Shown in pieces: positions 39,603 through 49,380 of a stretch of DNA of 64,000 nt. The translations under genes and the position numbers were made by a program. Every line of letters starts with the position of its first letter. Within the stretch, counting starts at the first letter, position 1. Below the pieces are notes generated by a model. That model was not told the DNA's origin and searched no databases. It saw nothing but the letters and a program-made list of their open reading frames with translations. The DNA is from Peptococcaceae bacterium BICA1-8 (GTDB taxonomy: Bacteria > Bacillota > Peptococcia > Peptococcales > BICA1-8). The DNA is taken from assembly GCA_000802045.1 (NCBI GenBank), contig JUEF01000034.1, positions 839 through 64,838 on the forward strand, read 5' to 3'.

Positions 39603-41006
39603 TTATAAGATATATCTGCTTAAGTCTTTACTGACAATTATATCCTTCAGTTTATTTATTACAAAGTCTTTGTCAATAACTATTTTGTCCGACTCATATT
39701 CGGGAGCGGAAAACAAAATATCTTCCAGCAGTTTTTCCAGTACAGTGTGTAGCCTTCTTGCTCCAATATTTTCTGTCTGGTCGTTTACAGTATACGCAAT
39801 ATCAGCAATTTCATCAATAGCATTTTCAGTAAACTCTAAAGTAACACCTTCTGTTCCTAATAAATTAATATATTGACCAATAAGAGAATTTCGAGGCTCC
39901 TTTAATATCCGCCCTAAGTCCTCTTTTGTTAAACTTTCCATCTCTACGCGAATTGGAAATCGGCCTTGTAACTCAGGTATCAAGTCAGAAGGTTTTACCA
40001 AATGAAAGGCACCAGCAGCAACAAATAAGATATGATCAGTCTTGACATTACCATATTTAGTTGTTACTGTACTACCTTCAACTATGGGAAGGATATCCCT
40101 TTGCACTCCTTCTCGAGATACATCAGGACCATAATTATTACCCTTAGATGCAATTTTATCAATTTCATCTAAAAAAATTATCCCAGAATTTTCTGCTTTC
40201 TTTATAGCTTTTTGTTTTACTTCCTCTATATCAATTAGCTTTTGTGCTTCTACTTGAACTAGTATTTTTCTCGCCTGAGATAATTTCACCCTGCGTTTTT
40301 TCGTCTTTTTGGGTAAAAAGTTATTAAACATTTCAGTAAAATTCATACCCATTTCTTCCATCCCCAGGTTAGAGAACATATCTGCCATTGATGCATTATT
40401 TTCTTCAACTTCAATCTCTACATATTCTTCCTCTAATTCAGAGCGTTTTAATTTTTCCTTAATTATGCTCCGCTTTTCCCTAATTAATTGTTCTTCCTCT
40501 TTTGCATCTTGCTCAGTTCGATCTTTACTTGAATCAGTAGCTGATCCAAAAAACGCTTCTAAAGGATTATACACACGGTTCTTTTTCTGAGGCAATGGTA
40601 TGAGAATATCTAGTAATCGTTCTTCAGCTAGTTGTGCTGCTTTGATCTTAACCTCTTCAGTTTTTTCCTCGTTAACCATACGGACCGCAACTTCTACTAA
40701 ATCTCTCACCATCGATTCAACATCCCGTCCTACATAACCAACTTCAGTAAATTTAGTTGCTTCAATTTTAATAAAAGGAGCTTTAACTAACTTAGCTAAC
40801 CGTCTTGCAATCTCAGTTTTCCCTACCCCGGTAGGGCCAATCATAATTATATTTTTCGGACTTATTTCCTCCTGAAGTTCATCGGATAGTTTGCTTCTTC
40901 TGTACCTATTTCTTAAAGCAATAGCAACGCTTTTTTTAGCTTTATTTTGCCCAATAATATATTTATCTAATTCGTTTACGATTTCCCGAGGTGTTAGATT
41001 TTCCAC
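39603..41006 (-). CDS. hslU: ATP-dependent protease ATPase subunit HslU (ClpY)
   Basis: 467 aa with [15 protein letters not shown] and an I-domain insertion. Confidence 0.96.
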   Translation of the reverse strand: MENLTPREIVNELDKYIIGQNKAKKSVAIALRNRYRRSKLSDELQEEISPKNIIMIGPTGVGKTEIARRLAKLVKAPFIKIEATKFTEVGYVGRDVESMVRDLVEVAVRMVNEEKTEEVKIKAAQLAEERLLDILIPLPQKKNRVYNPLEAFFGSATDSSKDRTEQDAKEEEQLIREKRSIIKEKLKRSELEEEYVEIEVEENNASMADMFSNLGMEEMGMNFTEMFNNFLPKKTKKRRVKLSQARKILVQVEAQKLIDIEEVKQKAIKKAENSGIIFLDEIDKIASKGNNYGPDVSREGVQRDILPIVEGSTVTTKYGNVKTDHILFVAAGAFHLVKPSDLIPELQGRFPIRVEMESLTKEDLGRILKEPRNSLIGQYINLLGTEGVTLEFTENAIDEIADIAYTVNDQTENIGARRLHTVLEKLLEDILFSAPEYESDKIVIDKDFVINKLKDIIVSKDLSRYIL

Positions 41007-41018
41007 TTATAACCCCCC

Positions 41019-41549
41019 TTATAATTCTTCGATAGTAATATTATTGTTTGTATAAACACAAATATCCGCGGCAATTTCTAATGATTTATACGCTATTTCT
41101 CTTACGGTTAAGTTAGTGTTTTCTACTAAGGCTCGTGCAGCTGCTAATGCGAAAGATCCTCCTGAACCAATAGCGACAACACCATCATCAGGTTCAATAA
41201 TTTCTCCATTTCCAGAGAGCAAAAGTAAAGTCTCTTTATCAGCAACAATTAACATTGCCTCTAACTTTCTTAGTACCCGATCAGAGCGCCATTCCTTGGC
41301 TAGCTCAATAGCGGCTTTTTTTAAATTACCCTGATTTTCTTCAATTTTACCTTCAAACTTTTCAAAAAGAGTAAAAGCATCAGCTACAGAACCAGCAAAT
41401 CCGGCTGCAACCTTACCATTGTATAGTTTTCGTACTTTTTTAGCATGATGCTTCATAATAGTATTTTGTCCAAAAGTAACTTGACCATCACCAGCAACAG
41501 CAATAAAATTATCTTTTTTTACAGCTACAATTGTAGTACCACGAAACAT
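41019..41549 (-). CDS. hslV: ATP-dependent protease subunit HslV (ClpQ)
   Basis: 176 aa with the N-terminal [11 protein letters not shown] (catalytic Thr). Confidence 0.96.
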   Translation of the reverse strand: MFRGTTIVAVKKDNFIAVAGDGQVTFGQNTIMKHHAKKVRKLYNGKVAAGFAGSVADAFTLFEKFEGKIEENQGNLKKAAIELAKEWRSDRVLRKLEAMLIVADKETLLLLSGNGEIIEPDDGVVAIGSGGSFALAAARALVENTNLTVREIAYKSLEIAADICVYTNNNITIEEL

Positions 41550-41560
41550 AATGATCCCCC

Positions 41561-42457
41561 CTAAGCCCTTGGGTGGGCTTTTTTATAGATTTGTTGGATT
41601 CGAGCTTTAGATACATGGGTATAAATCTGGGTTGTTGATAGGTTTATATGCCCCAAAAGCTCTTGGACTACCCGCAAATCTGCACCATTATCTAGAAGAT
41701 GGGTAGCAAAAGAATGGCGAAAGACATGAGGACTAATTTTGATACTTAGTGCTGCTTTAGTTACATATTTATCAATAATATATCGTATTCCTCTAGTAGT
41801 GAGCTTTTTGCCTTGGTGATTAAGAAAAAGAACCACAACCTCCTCCTTTTTTTCAAGCAAGTGCCGACTGCTAGATAAGTATTTTTCTACTGCTTCCCAG
41901 GCCTTATTACCAAAGGGAACAATCCTTTCTTTATTTCCTTTGCCCATAACTCTAACTAAGTGATAGTTAGAATTAATATCTTCTATTTTTAAAGAAACTA
42001 ATTCCGAAACCCTTAACCCCGAACTGTATAATAACTCAAATATAGCTTTGTCTCGGATTGTTAAAGGATCTTCAGTAATAAATGATTGATCCAAAAGCTT
42101 AGTAATTTCCCCTTCGGTTAAAATGGTCGGAATTTTTTTTATCTTTTTTGGAGAACTTATTGTTTCTGAAGGATTATTTGTTATATGTTTATTTCTCTTT
42201 AAATATTTAAAGAAGGATCTAATCGCTGTAAGTTTTCTAGCTTGGGTAGAACGATTAATTCCACGTGACTGCAAAAAGGCAAGATATTGTCTGATATCCA
42301 GATAAGTAATGATATATAAAAAATCTTTGCGTTCCTTAAAAAATTCAAAAAACTGTTTTAAATCTTTACTATATGCTGTTAAAGTATGGGTCGAATAACC
42401 TTTTTCAATAGATAAATAGTTAATATAATTATCGAACAAGTTAAAATGATTATTCAA
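41561..42457 (-). CDS. xerC: tyrosine recombinase XerC (CodV)
   Basis: 298 aa with the tyrosine-recombinase catalytic region [12 protein letters not shown]...[15 protein letters not shown]. Sits in the conserved trmFO-xerC-hslVU-codY context. Confidence 0.88.
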   Translation of the reverse strand: MNNHFNLFDNYINYLSIEKGYSTHTLTAYSKDLKQFFEFFKERKDFLYIITYLDIRQYLAFLQSRGINRSTQARKLTAIRSFFKYLKRNKHITNNPSETISSPKKIKKIPTILTEGEITKLLDQSFITEDPLTIRDKAIFELLYSSGLRVSELVSLKIEDINSNYHLVRVMGKGNKERIVPFGNKAWEAVEKYLSSSRHLLEKKEEVVVLFLNHQGKKLTTRGIRYIIDKYVTKAALSIKISPHVFRHSFATHLLDNGADLRVVQELLGHINLSTTQIYTHVSKARIQQIYKKAHPRA

Positions 42458-43769
42458 AAATTCCTCTCTCCTCTAAAAAATCCTGCAGACTTTTTAGTGC
42501 CCTTAAAGATATGTACTTATTCTTTTCCCTTTTATCTCTGATTTTTATTTCTGAAGGAGGTAACAAACCGAAATTTATATTCATTGGCTGGAAATTTACG
42601 CCGTCAGCATGGGTAATATAATTCATTAAGCCGCCTATTGCAGTGTTTTCAGGAAAAGAAATTAATTCTTTCTTTTTAATATAGCGAGTTACATTAATTC
42701 CTGCGACTAAACCACTGGCTGCAGATTCTACATACCCTTCAACTCCGGTTATTTGGCCCGCAAAGAAAATATTTGGTCTTGTTTTTAATTGTCCGGAATC
42801 CTTTAATACTTTAGGTGACTTAATAAAAGTATTGCGGTGCATGACACCATGTCGAATAAATTCTGTATTTTCTAAACCTGGGATCAAGGAGAAGACCCTT
42901 TTTTGTTCACCCCATTTTAGGCGAGTTTGGAAACCTACCATATTTAAAAGTGTTCCATCTTTATTATCCTTGCGAAGTTGAACTACTGCATAAGGTTGTT
43001 TGTCAGTTTCCGGATCAATTAAACCAACTGGTTTTAAAGGGCCGAATCTCAGTGTTTCTTTTCCTCTGCTAGCCATTTCTTCAATGGGCATACATCCTTC
43101 AAAGAATATCTGTTTTTCAAAGTTTTCTAGGGGATGCAATTCTGCATTTATCAACTGGGAATAAAAATTTTCATATTCACTTTTAGTCATAGGACAATTT
43201 AGATAGTCAGCATCACCTTTATCATAGCGAGAAGCCCAAAATACTTTTTTATAGTTAATAGAATCACTAATAACAATAGGGGCGGCAGCATCATAGAAGA
43301 ATAAATACTCTTCACCTGTCAGTCTTATTATATTATCAGCCATTTGGCCCTCTGTAAGGGGACCCGTGGCTATTACATATACCATGTTTTGATCAATTTC
43401 AGTGACCTCTTGGCGTTTAACAGTAATAAGTGGATGATTAAGCATTTTTTCCGTCAAACACCTAGCAAAGTTCTCTCTATCTACTGCTAAAGCACCGCCC
43501 GCTGGTATTTTGTTCTGGTCAGCACACTCCATAAATATGGAATTGCATTTTCTTAACTCTTCTTTTAATAAACCAACAGCATTTTCTAAACCTGCTCCTC
43601 TTAATGAATTGCTACAAACTAATTCACCAAATAAATCTGTTTTATGAGCAGGGGATTTTTTCAATGGGCGCATTTCCAATAAATTTACAGCTATCCCTTG
43701 TGAGGCAATTTGCCAAGCTGCTTCACATCCTGCTAGACCAGCTCCAACTACGGCAACATTTGAAATCAC
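42450..43769 (-). CDS. trmFO: methylenetetrahydrofolate--tRNA-(uracil-5-)-methyltransferase TrmFO (Gid)
   Basis: 439 aa with the FAD motif VVGAGLAGCEAAW and a GidA-related fold. Confidence 0.95.
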   Translation of the reverse strand: MISNVAVVGAGLAGCEAAWQIASQGIAVNLLEMRPLKKSPAHKTDLFGELVCSNSLRGAGLENAVGLLKEELRKCNSIFMECADQNKIPAGGALAVDRENFARCLTEKMLNHPLITVKRQEVTEIDQNMVYVIATGPLTEGQMADNIIRLTGEEYLFFYDAAAPIVISDSINYKKVFWASRYDKGDADYLNCPMTKSEYENFYSQLINAELHPLENFEKQIFFEGCMPIEEMASRGKETLRFGPLKPVGLIDPETDKQPYAVVQLRKDNKDGTLLNMVGFQTRLKWGEQKRVFSLIPGLENTEFIRHGVMHRNTFIKSPKVLKDSGQLKTRPNIFFAGQITGVEGYVESAASGLVAGINVTRYIKKKELISFPENTAIGGLMNYITHADGVNFQPMNINFGLLPPSEIKIRDKREKNKYISLRALKSLQDFLEERGIFE

Positions 43770-43774
43770 AAATA

Positions 43775-45859
43775 TTATTCCTCCTTATTATTCAGTACTT
43801 CATATTTGCATTCTTTATTACTACATACTTTTTTCCGATTCTTTTCAACCAAATAAGTTCCGCATTGAGGACATTGTTCGTCTAGCGGTTTATCCCAACT
43901 GACAAAATCACAATCAGGATAACGATCACATCCATAAAAAGTTCTGCCCTTTTTACTTCTACGAATAACAACCTGCCCTTCTTTGCAACGAGGACATTTT
44001 GCTCCAATTCCCTCTAATAATGGCTTAGTATTGCGACACTCTGGAAAGCCAGGACAGGCAAGAAACTTACCAAACCGACCAAATTTTATCACAAAATTTC
44101 TGCCGCATTTTTCACAAATTTCATCAGAAACTTCATCTTGAACCTCAACCTTACCTATTTCCTCTTCAGCATGCTGTAGTTCTTTTGCAAAATCTTGATA
44201 GAAATCTCTTAAGATTTCTTTCCAAAAAATTTGTCCTTCCTCTATTTCATCTAACCTATTTTCCATTCCCGCTGTAAATTCTACACCCACAACATCAGGG
44301 AAGTATTCTATTAAGAGTTCAATAACCACAGAACCTAATTCTGTTGGAAAAAACTGTTTATCTTCTCTAACAACATAGCCTCGCCCTAATATAGTGTCAA
44401 TAGTAGGTGCATATGTACTTGGTCTACCAATACCTTTTTCTTCTAATGTTTTAACTAATGTTGCTTCAGTATATCTTGCCGGCGGTTGGGTAAAATGCTG
44501 TTTAGACTCAAAGTCCAATAAGCTTAATGAATTTCCTTCACTTACTTCCGCCAATGGTGCTTCTTTTTCTTCTTCCTCATCTTTTCCCTCAATATATACT
44601 TCCATGAAGCCCTTGAAAACAATCACAGAACCCGAAGCACTAAACTCATAATTACCTGCACCAATTATTACTGTTGTTTGATCAATCACAGCTTGAGCCA
44701 TTTGGCTTGCTAAAAACCGTTCCCAAATCAATTTATATAATTTATACTGATCTCTATTTAAAAAAGGTTTCATTTGTTCCGGGTTACGTACAGCCGAAGT
44801 AGGCCTGATAGCTTCATGGGCATTTTGTATTTTTCCTTTATTTTTGAAGACTCGAGGGCTATCAGGTAAATATTTGGACCCATATTTATCATTGATATAA
44901 TCTTGAGCTTCTTTTTGAGCAGTTTCTGAAATACGGGTTGAATCAGTTCTAAGATAGGTAATCAAACCTACAGTCCCTTCCTTACCAACATCAATGCCTT
45001 CATATAACTGCTGAGCAACCCGCATAGTCTTTTTGACAGTAAAATTTAGCTTTCTATATGCTTCTTGCTGTAAACTGCTTGTAGTAAAAGGTGCTGCCGG
45101 ATTACGGTTTTTCTTTTGTTTTTTGACACTTTTTACAATATAGCTTTGTTCTTTTAAGTCATTTAGCACTATATCCATTTCTGTTTTTGAGTTTATCTCA
45201 ATTTTTTTGTTGTCTCTTTTTGCTAGTTTTGCATCAATGATTTTCTTATTGGGTAATCTAAATTTACCCTGCAAGGACCAGTATTCTACAGGAGTAAATT
45301 CTTTTATTTCCTCTTCTCTTTCACAAATTAATCTAACAGTAACCGATTGTACCCTTCCTGCACTGAGACCTTTCTTTACTTTTCGCCACAATAAAGGACT
45401 TAAATTATACCCTACCAGCCGATCTAAAACTCTTCTGGCCTGTTGAGACTCTACTCTAGAGATATCAATTTGTCTAGGATGCTTAATAGCATCTTTAATT
45501 GCATCTTTAGTTATTTCATTAAACTCAATACGGCATTTTTCATTTTCTGTTATTTTTAAACTCTTCATCAAATGCCAGGCTATAGCTTCTCCTTCACGAT
45601 CGGGGTCAGGTGCCAGTAGTATTTTATTGGCTTTATTTGCGGCACTTTTTAGCTCCTGAAGTATATCCCCTTTACCCCTAATAGTTATATACTTAACATC
45701 AAAGTCATTATCTACATCAACACCAAATTGACTTTTGGGTAGATCTCTAATATGCCCTAAAGATGCCTTCACCTGATAATGGCTGCCTAAAAATTTACCT
45801 ATTGTTTTTGCTTTAGCAGGGGATTCTACAATTACTAAAGTTTTTCCCAAATCAATCAC
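43775..45859 (-). CDS. topA: DNA topoisomerase I
   Basis: 694 aa with Toprim (LVIVESPAKAKTI), the active-site Tyr region (GLITYLRTDS) and three C-terminal Cys4 zinc ribbons. Confidence 0.96.
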   Translation of the reverse strand: MIDLGKTLVIVESPAKAKTIGKFLGSHYQVKASLGHIRDLPKSQFGVDVDNDFDVKYITIRGKGDILQELKSAANKANKILLAPDPDREGEAIAWHLMKSLKITENEKCRIEFNEITKDAIKDAIKHPRQIDISRVESQQARRVLDRLVGYNLSPLLWRKVKKGLSAGRVQSVTVRLICEREEEIKEFTPVEYWSLQGKFRLPNKKIIDAKLAKRDNKKIEINSKTEMDIVLNDLKEQSYIVKSVKKQKKNRNPAAPFTTSSLQQEAYRKLNFTVKKTMRVAQQLYEGIDVGKEGTVGLITYLRTDSTRISETAQKEAQDYINDKYGSKYLPDSPRVFKNKGKIQNAHEAIRPTSAVRNPEQMKPFLNRDQYKLYKLIWERFLASQMAQAVIDQTTVIIGAGNYEFSASGSVIVFKGFMEVYIEGKDEEEEKEAPLAEVSEGNSLSLLDFESKQHFTQPPARYTEATLVKTLEEKGIGRPSTYAPTIDTILGRGYVVREDKQFFPTELGSVVIELLIEYFPDVVGVEFTAGMENRLDEIEEGQIFWKEILRDFYQDFAKELQHAEEEIGKVEVQDEVSDEICEKCGRNFVIKFGRFGKFLACPGFPECRNTKPLLEGIGAKCPRCKEGQVVIRRSKKGRTFYGCDRYPDCDFVSWDKPLDEQCPQCGTYLVEKNRKKVCSNKECKYEVLNNKEE

Positions 45860-46949
45860 CCCAGTTTAGACTAATATATTTTCTTCCTATAACCTGCTTG
45901 ATATATCCCTTTATCTCTAAAAGACTTAATAATCTCAGTACTTCCTTAGTGGGGAGCTTACTATTAATAATAATCTGCTCTATAGTACTAGGTTCAGAAG
46001 TAAGAACAGCTAAAATTATTTTTTCGGCGGAGTCTAGATTAGTGATATTAATTGGCTCTCCCTTAAACAAAGACAATTGTCCAAATTCCTCAAAGATATC
46101 TTCCACATCGTCTATTAGTTTTGCCCCATCTTTAATTAAACGATGAGAGCCTTTATATAAAGCACTATCAATAGGACCTGGAACAGCAAAAACATCTTTC
46201 CCTTGTTCTAGTCCAAGTTCAGCAGTTATTAGAGATCCACTTTTTTCGCGGGCTTCAATTACCAAGATGCCATCTGCTAACCCACTTATTATTCTGTTTC
46301 GCATTGGGAAATAATGTTTCATAGGCTCAGTACCTAAAGGAAATTCGGAGATTACTGCACTTTTTTCAGAAATAATTATTTCATTAAATAACCTCAGGTT
46401 TTCACGAGGATAAACAATATCTACCCCACTACCTAAAACAGCAATAGTACCTCCGGTACCTTCTAAGGCCGCCTGATGACTACAGGCATCAATCCCCCGA
46501 GCTAGGCCACTTATTATCTGAATACCATTTTTGCTTAAATCCCCGGTAAGTTTCAGTGCTGTTTTTTTCCCATAAGCCGATGCTTTGCGAGCCCCTACTA
46601 CAGCTATAGCAAGGTTAGTTTCTGTAAAGTTACCCCTGACATATAATAAAGGCGGGGGATCAAAAATATTTTTTAAACGTTTTGGATAATTACTATCATA
46701 AAGACCTATTATTTTTACATTATGTTTATTTAACTTAAGATATTCATATTCAATATTTACCCTTTTCCTTTCCGTTAAAAACAAGCTTGCCATTTGTTGC
46801 GGAATTAGAGTCAAATCCCTTTGCAACTGAATTGGCGAAATATCCCAAAAATCAGTACCGCTTAATTCTCTCATTAAATTAGAAAGAATTTTATTACCTT
46901 TTATCCCCCATATTCTTTGTACTAATGACCAAAAGACAATGTCCTTCAT
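45852..46949 (-). CDS. dprA: DNA processing protein DprA (Smf)
   Basis: 365 aa with a Rossmann-like DprA core (VVGARKASAYG, GLARGIDACSHQAAL) and a C-terminal wHTH. Confidence 0.93.
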   Translation of the reverse strand: MKDIVFWSLVQRIWGIKGNKILSNLMRELSGTDFWDISPIQLQRDLTLIPQQMASLFLTERKRVNIEYEYLKLNKHNVKIIGLYDSNYPKRLKNIFDPPPLLYVRGNFTETNLAIAVVGARKASAYGKKTALKLTGDLSKNGIQIISGLARGIDACSHQAALEGTGGTIAVLGSGVDIVYPRENLRLFNEIIISEKSAVISEFPLGTEPMKHYFPMRNRIISGLADGILVIEAREKSGSLITAELGLEQGKDVFAVPGPIDSALYKGSHRLIKDGAKLIDDVEDIFEEFGQLSLFKGEPINITNLDSAEKIILAVLTSEPSTIEQIIINSKLPTKEVLRLLSLLEIKGYIKQVIGRKYISLNWGD

Positions 46950-46991
46950 ATCTTCTACCTCATCCTAATGTTTTATTGCATTTTCTTGCTT

Positions 46992-47891
46992 TTATCCTTT
47001 TTTTCCTGCTTTTTTGGAAAATAATGTTGTCAAAGGTGAAAAATCCTGTAATGTTAAATTAACCGCAGAAAATATGTCACCATATTTATCCAATCTATTT
47101 TTAACGTTAAAAATAGTAAAGTTATGTATATCTACACCTTTTTCAACCTCAGACCAGGTTAATGGGATAGAAACAAGAGCATTAGAGACAGGCCGAACAC
47201 TATATACTGAGGCCATTGTTTTACCGTAACCATTTTGCAGATAATCTAAATATACCTTTCCCTTCCTTTTAGATTTATTCAGTTCTGTTGTAACTAACCC
47301 CGGGAAGGTACATACCAAATTATTACACAAATTCTTTAAGGTTTCCCGAACTATAGGAAAGGAATAGCATGCTTGAATTGGGAGATAAATATGTAGTCCT
47401 TCCGAACCTGATGTTTTGGGAAAGCATTTTATATTCACACTATCTAGAAGCTCTTTAATTAATAATGCAACTTCTAAGGTGTGTGCAAATTGTGCTGGCG
47501 GTTCTGGATCTAAATCAAAAACAATTATATCAGGTTTATCTAAATTAGGAAGTTTACTAAGCCAGTGATGTAATTCAATACATCCCAAATTTATTAACCA
47601 AATCAAGGTATCAACATCATTACATAAAATCATCTTCCGGTCATCCAAGGTTATTGTTTTAACCCATTCCGGGGTATGAGTGGGGCTTTGTTTCTGGTAG
47701 AAAGCTTTGCCCCTTATGCCATCAGGATATCGCTTCATTACAAAGGGCCGATTCTGCAAATGTGGTAAAATATATTCACTTAACTCCAGATAGTATTTTA
47801 TTAAATCCCCTTTAGAAATCTTTTCTTCAGGCCAAAAAACCTTTTCTAGATTACTTAATTTTATTTCATGATTAGCAATTTTTACTAACAT
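46992..47891 (-). CDS. stand-alone LigD-type polymerase/primase domain (NHEJ PolDom, AEP superfamily)
   Basis: 299 aa. LSNLEKVFWPEEKISKGDLIKYY..., VMKRYPDGI and IVFDLDP...KTSGSEGLHIYLPI match the LigD polymerase domain pattern. No ligase or nuclease domain is fused to it. Confidence 0.85.
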   Translation of the reverse strand: MLVKIANHEIKLSNLEKVFWPEEKISKGDLIKYYLELSEYILPHLQNRPFVMKRYPDGIRGKAFYQKQSPTHTPEWVKTITLDDRKMILCNDVDTLIWLINLGCIELHHWLSKLPNLDKPDIIVFDLDPEPPAQFAHTLEVALLIKELLDSVNIKCFPKTSGSEGLHIYLPIQACYSFPIVRETLKNLCNNLVCTFPGLVTTELNKSKRKGKVYLDYLQNGYGKTMASVYSVRPVSNALVSIPLTWSEVEKGVDIHNFTIFNVKNRLDKYGDIFSAVNLTLQDFSPLTTLFSKKAGKKG

Positions 47892-47964
47892 AAATATAAA
47901 TTCCCTCTAAAAATACATTCTAACCTCATTATTGCCAAATGTATAGAAAAAAAAAGAAACCCTA

Positions 47965-48132
47965 TTAAGGTTCCTTGTATTCTTCACCACATTCCATACA
48001 TAAAAATATATTGCTTGCATCTACCAAGTCACATTCCTTACAATCTTCTTTCCGCTCTACTACACCATAACTAACGTATTTTTCCGCAAAATTTTGGAGT
48101 TCTTTTTTACATTTACTACACCGGTAAACCAT
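47965..48132 (-). CDS. 55-aa zinc-ribbon-like protein with three CxxC pairs (not in the ORF track, under 60 aa)
   Basis: My translation: MVYRCSKCKKELQNFAEKYVSYGVVERKEDCKECDLVDASNIFLCMECGEEYKEP. GGAGG lies 7 nt upstream of the ATG at 48132. The ORF ends in a double stop (TAA TAG), then a short hairpin plus a T-run. Confidence 0.55.
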   Translation of the reverse strand: MVYRCSKCKKELQNFAEKYVSYGVVERKEDCKECDLVDASNIFLCMECGEEYKEP

Positions 48133-48174
48133 AAAAAAACCTCCTCTTCTTTTTCAAATATCGACTATTCATAG

Positions 48175-48207
48175 ATTAATAATAAAGTTATCTTATTTAT
48201 TATTAAT
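48175..48207. promoter_or_regulatory. perfect 12-bp inverted repeat upstream of the zinc-ribbon ORF (possible operator)
   Basis: ATTAATAATAAA, a 9-nt spacer, then TTTATTATTAAT. Lies 43-75 nt upstream of the ATG at 48132. It is AT-only, so partly expected by composition. Confidence 0.3.
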
Positions 48208-48236
48208 CTTTATGTTTTAATATTATTATATTATCT

Positions 48237-48263
48237 AAAAAAACACAAACAATGTTTGTGTTT
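48237..48263 (-). terminator. rho-independent terminator abutting the stop of the MBL-fold hydrolase gene
   Basis: 10-bp stem AAACACAAAC / GTTTGTGTTT with a 3-nt loop, followed on the minus strand by TTTTAGA. Confidence 0.65.
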
Positions 48264-48947
48264 TTAAAGTATTATTTCTTCTTCAATTTCTAATACCTCA
48301 CAGTTTATTCCTGCCTCGGATAATTTTACTCTAAATACATCAGCGTCCTGTTTTATAAGATCAAATGTATTGTAATGCATTGGAACTACTATTTTAGATT
48401 TTAGCATTTTTGCTGCCTCAATGGCATCATCAATTCCCATAACAAAATTATCACCTATCGGAAGTAAAGCAATATCAAGCTTGTTTAATCTACCAATTAA
48501 TTCCATGTCACCAAAGAGGCCTGTATCGCCTGCATGATAAACATTTTTATTTTCTATTGTTACAACAAATCCACAAGGGCTACCAGTGTATTGTATATTA
48601 CCATCTTCAATAACTGCTGAACCGTGCCATGCTGGAGTAAGTTTAACTTTTCCAAAGTCAAATTGATAAGAACCTCCTATATGCATAGGGTGAACTTGGG
48701 CACCTTTAAATTGGCAATACATCGCCAATTCAAAAGGGGCAATAATTAAGGCCCCCGTGCGTTTTGCGATTGATAATGCATCACCTAAGTGGTCACTGTG
48801 ACCATGAGTAAGTAGTATTGCATCTACATCTATTTGCTCTTTTTTGACTTTAGCCAGTGGGTTTCCAGTTAGAAATGGATCAAAAATGACCTTGCTTCCC
48901 TCACCTTCAATGGAAAAGCAGGCATGACCATGGAATCTAACCTTCAT
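48264..48947 (-). CDS. metallo-beta-lactamase-fold hydrolase (UPF0173 / YtkL-like)
   Basis: 227 aa with LTHGHSDHLGD and downstream His/Asp ligands, resembling UPF0173 family proteins. Confidence 0.85.
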   Translation of the reverse strand: MKVRFHGHACFSIEGEGSKVIFDPFLTGNPLAKVKKEQIDVDAILLTHGHSDHLGDALSIAKRTGALIIAPFELAMYCQFKGAQVHPMHIGGSYQFDFGKVKLTPAWHGSAVIEDGNIQYTGSPCGFVVTIENKNVYHAGDTGLFGDMELIGRLNKLDIALLPIGDNFVMGIDDAIEAAKMLKSKIVVPMHYNTFDLIKQDADVFRVKLSEAGINCEVLEIEEEIIL

Positions 48948-48993
48948 AAATAATCCCTCCTATTTTAGATCTTAACGACCTAATTTTCTATCT

Positions 48994-49022
48994 ATTATAG
49001 AATAAGGCGGTCTTGTAGTCAA
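48994..49022 (-). promoter_or_regulatory. sigma-A promoter for the MBL-fold hydrolase gene
   Basis: Minus strand reads TTGACT (49022-49017), a 17-nt spacer, then TATAAT (48999-48994). This is a near-consensus match. Confidence 0.6.
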
Positions 49023-49060
49023 ATATCTCCAATTATGTATGTGGCATTTATGTATAGCAA

Positions 49061-49264
49061 CTATTCGTTAGATTCTGCTTGATTTTCCCCTTCGATAGTA
49101 GCTTCTAAAATTTCCTTCCATTCCTCAAAAACCCTTTGTTTTCTGTTCTTTTTTTCTTTTCTAATAAACTCCTCTAAAAAATATAACTGATTAGTTTCCA
49201 ACTGCTTGATTTGCTCTTTAATTGCCTCAAGCTGTTCATCCTCATATATCAGCTTAATTAACAC
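49061..49264 (-). CDS. small acidic coiled-coil protein, hypothetical (67 aa)
   Basis: GTG start 9 nt after AAGGAG. E/K/Q-rich helical sequence with no recognisable family. Confidence 0.4.
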   Translation of the reverse strand: MLIKLIYEDEQLEAIKEQIKQLETNQLYFLEEFIRKEKKNRKQRVFEEWKEILEATIEGENQAESNE

Positions 49265-49331
49265 AGCTTTCCGCTCCTTTTTGACTGATTTTTATCTCTA
49301 AAAATACTACCCTTTATAATTCTACATAATA

Positions 49332-49367
49332 ACAAAGAAGCCTTTATGTAAAAAAAGGCTTCTTTGT
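49332..49367 (-). terminator. terminator-like hairpin after comM
   Basis: Perfect 11-bp stem ACAAAGAAGCC / GGCTTCTTTGT, 14 nt after the comM stop. The U-tract is weak (TATTATG). Confidence 0.5.
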
Positions 49368-49380
49368 AAGAAAATACTCC

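Noticed and set aside
41561-42457. XerC as the integrase responsible for the comM island
   Set aside because: It sits in the conserved trmFO-xerC-hslVU-codY backbone, ~8.4 kb from the island, and looks like the housekeeping CodV/XerC. Nothing links it to the comM repeats. Action in trans cannot be excluded.
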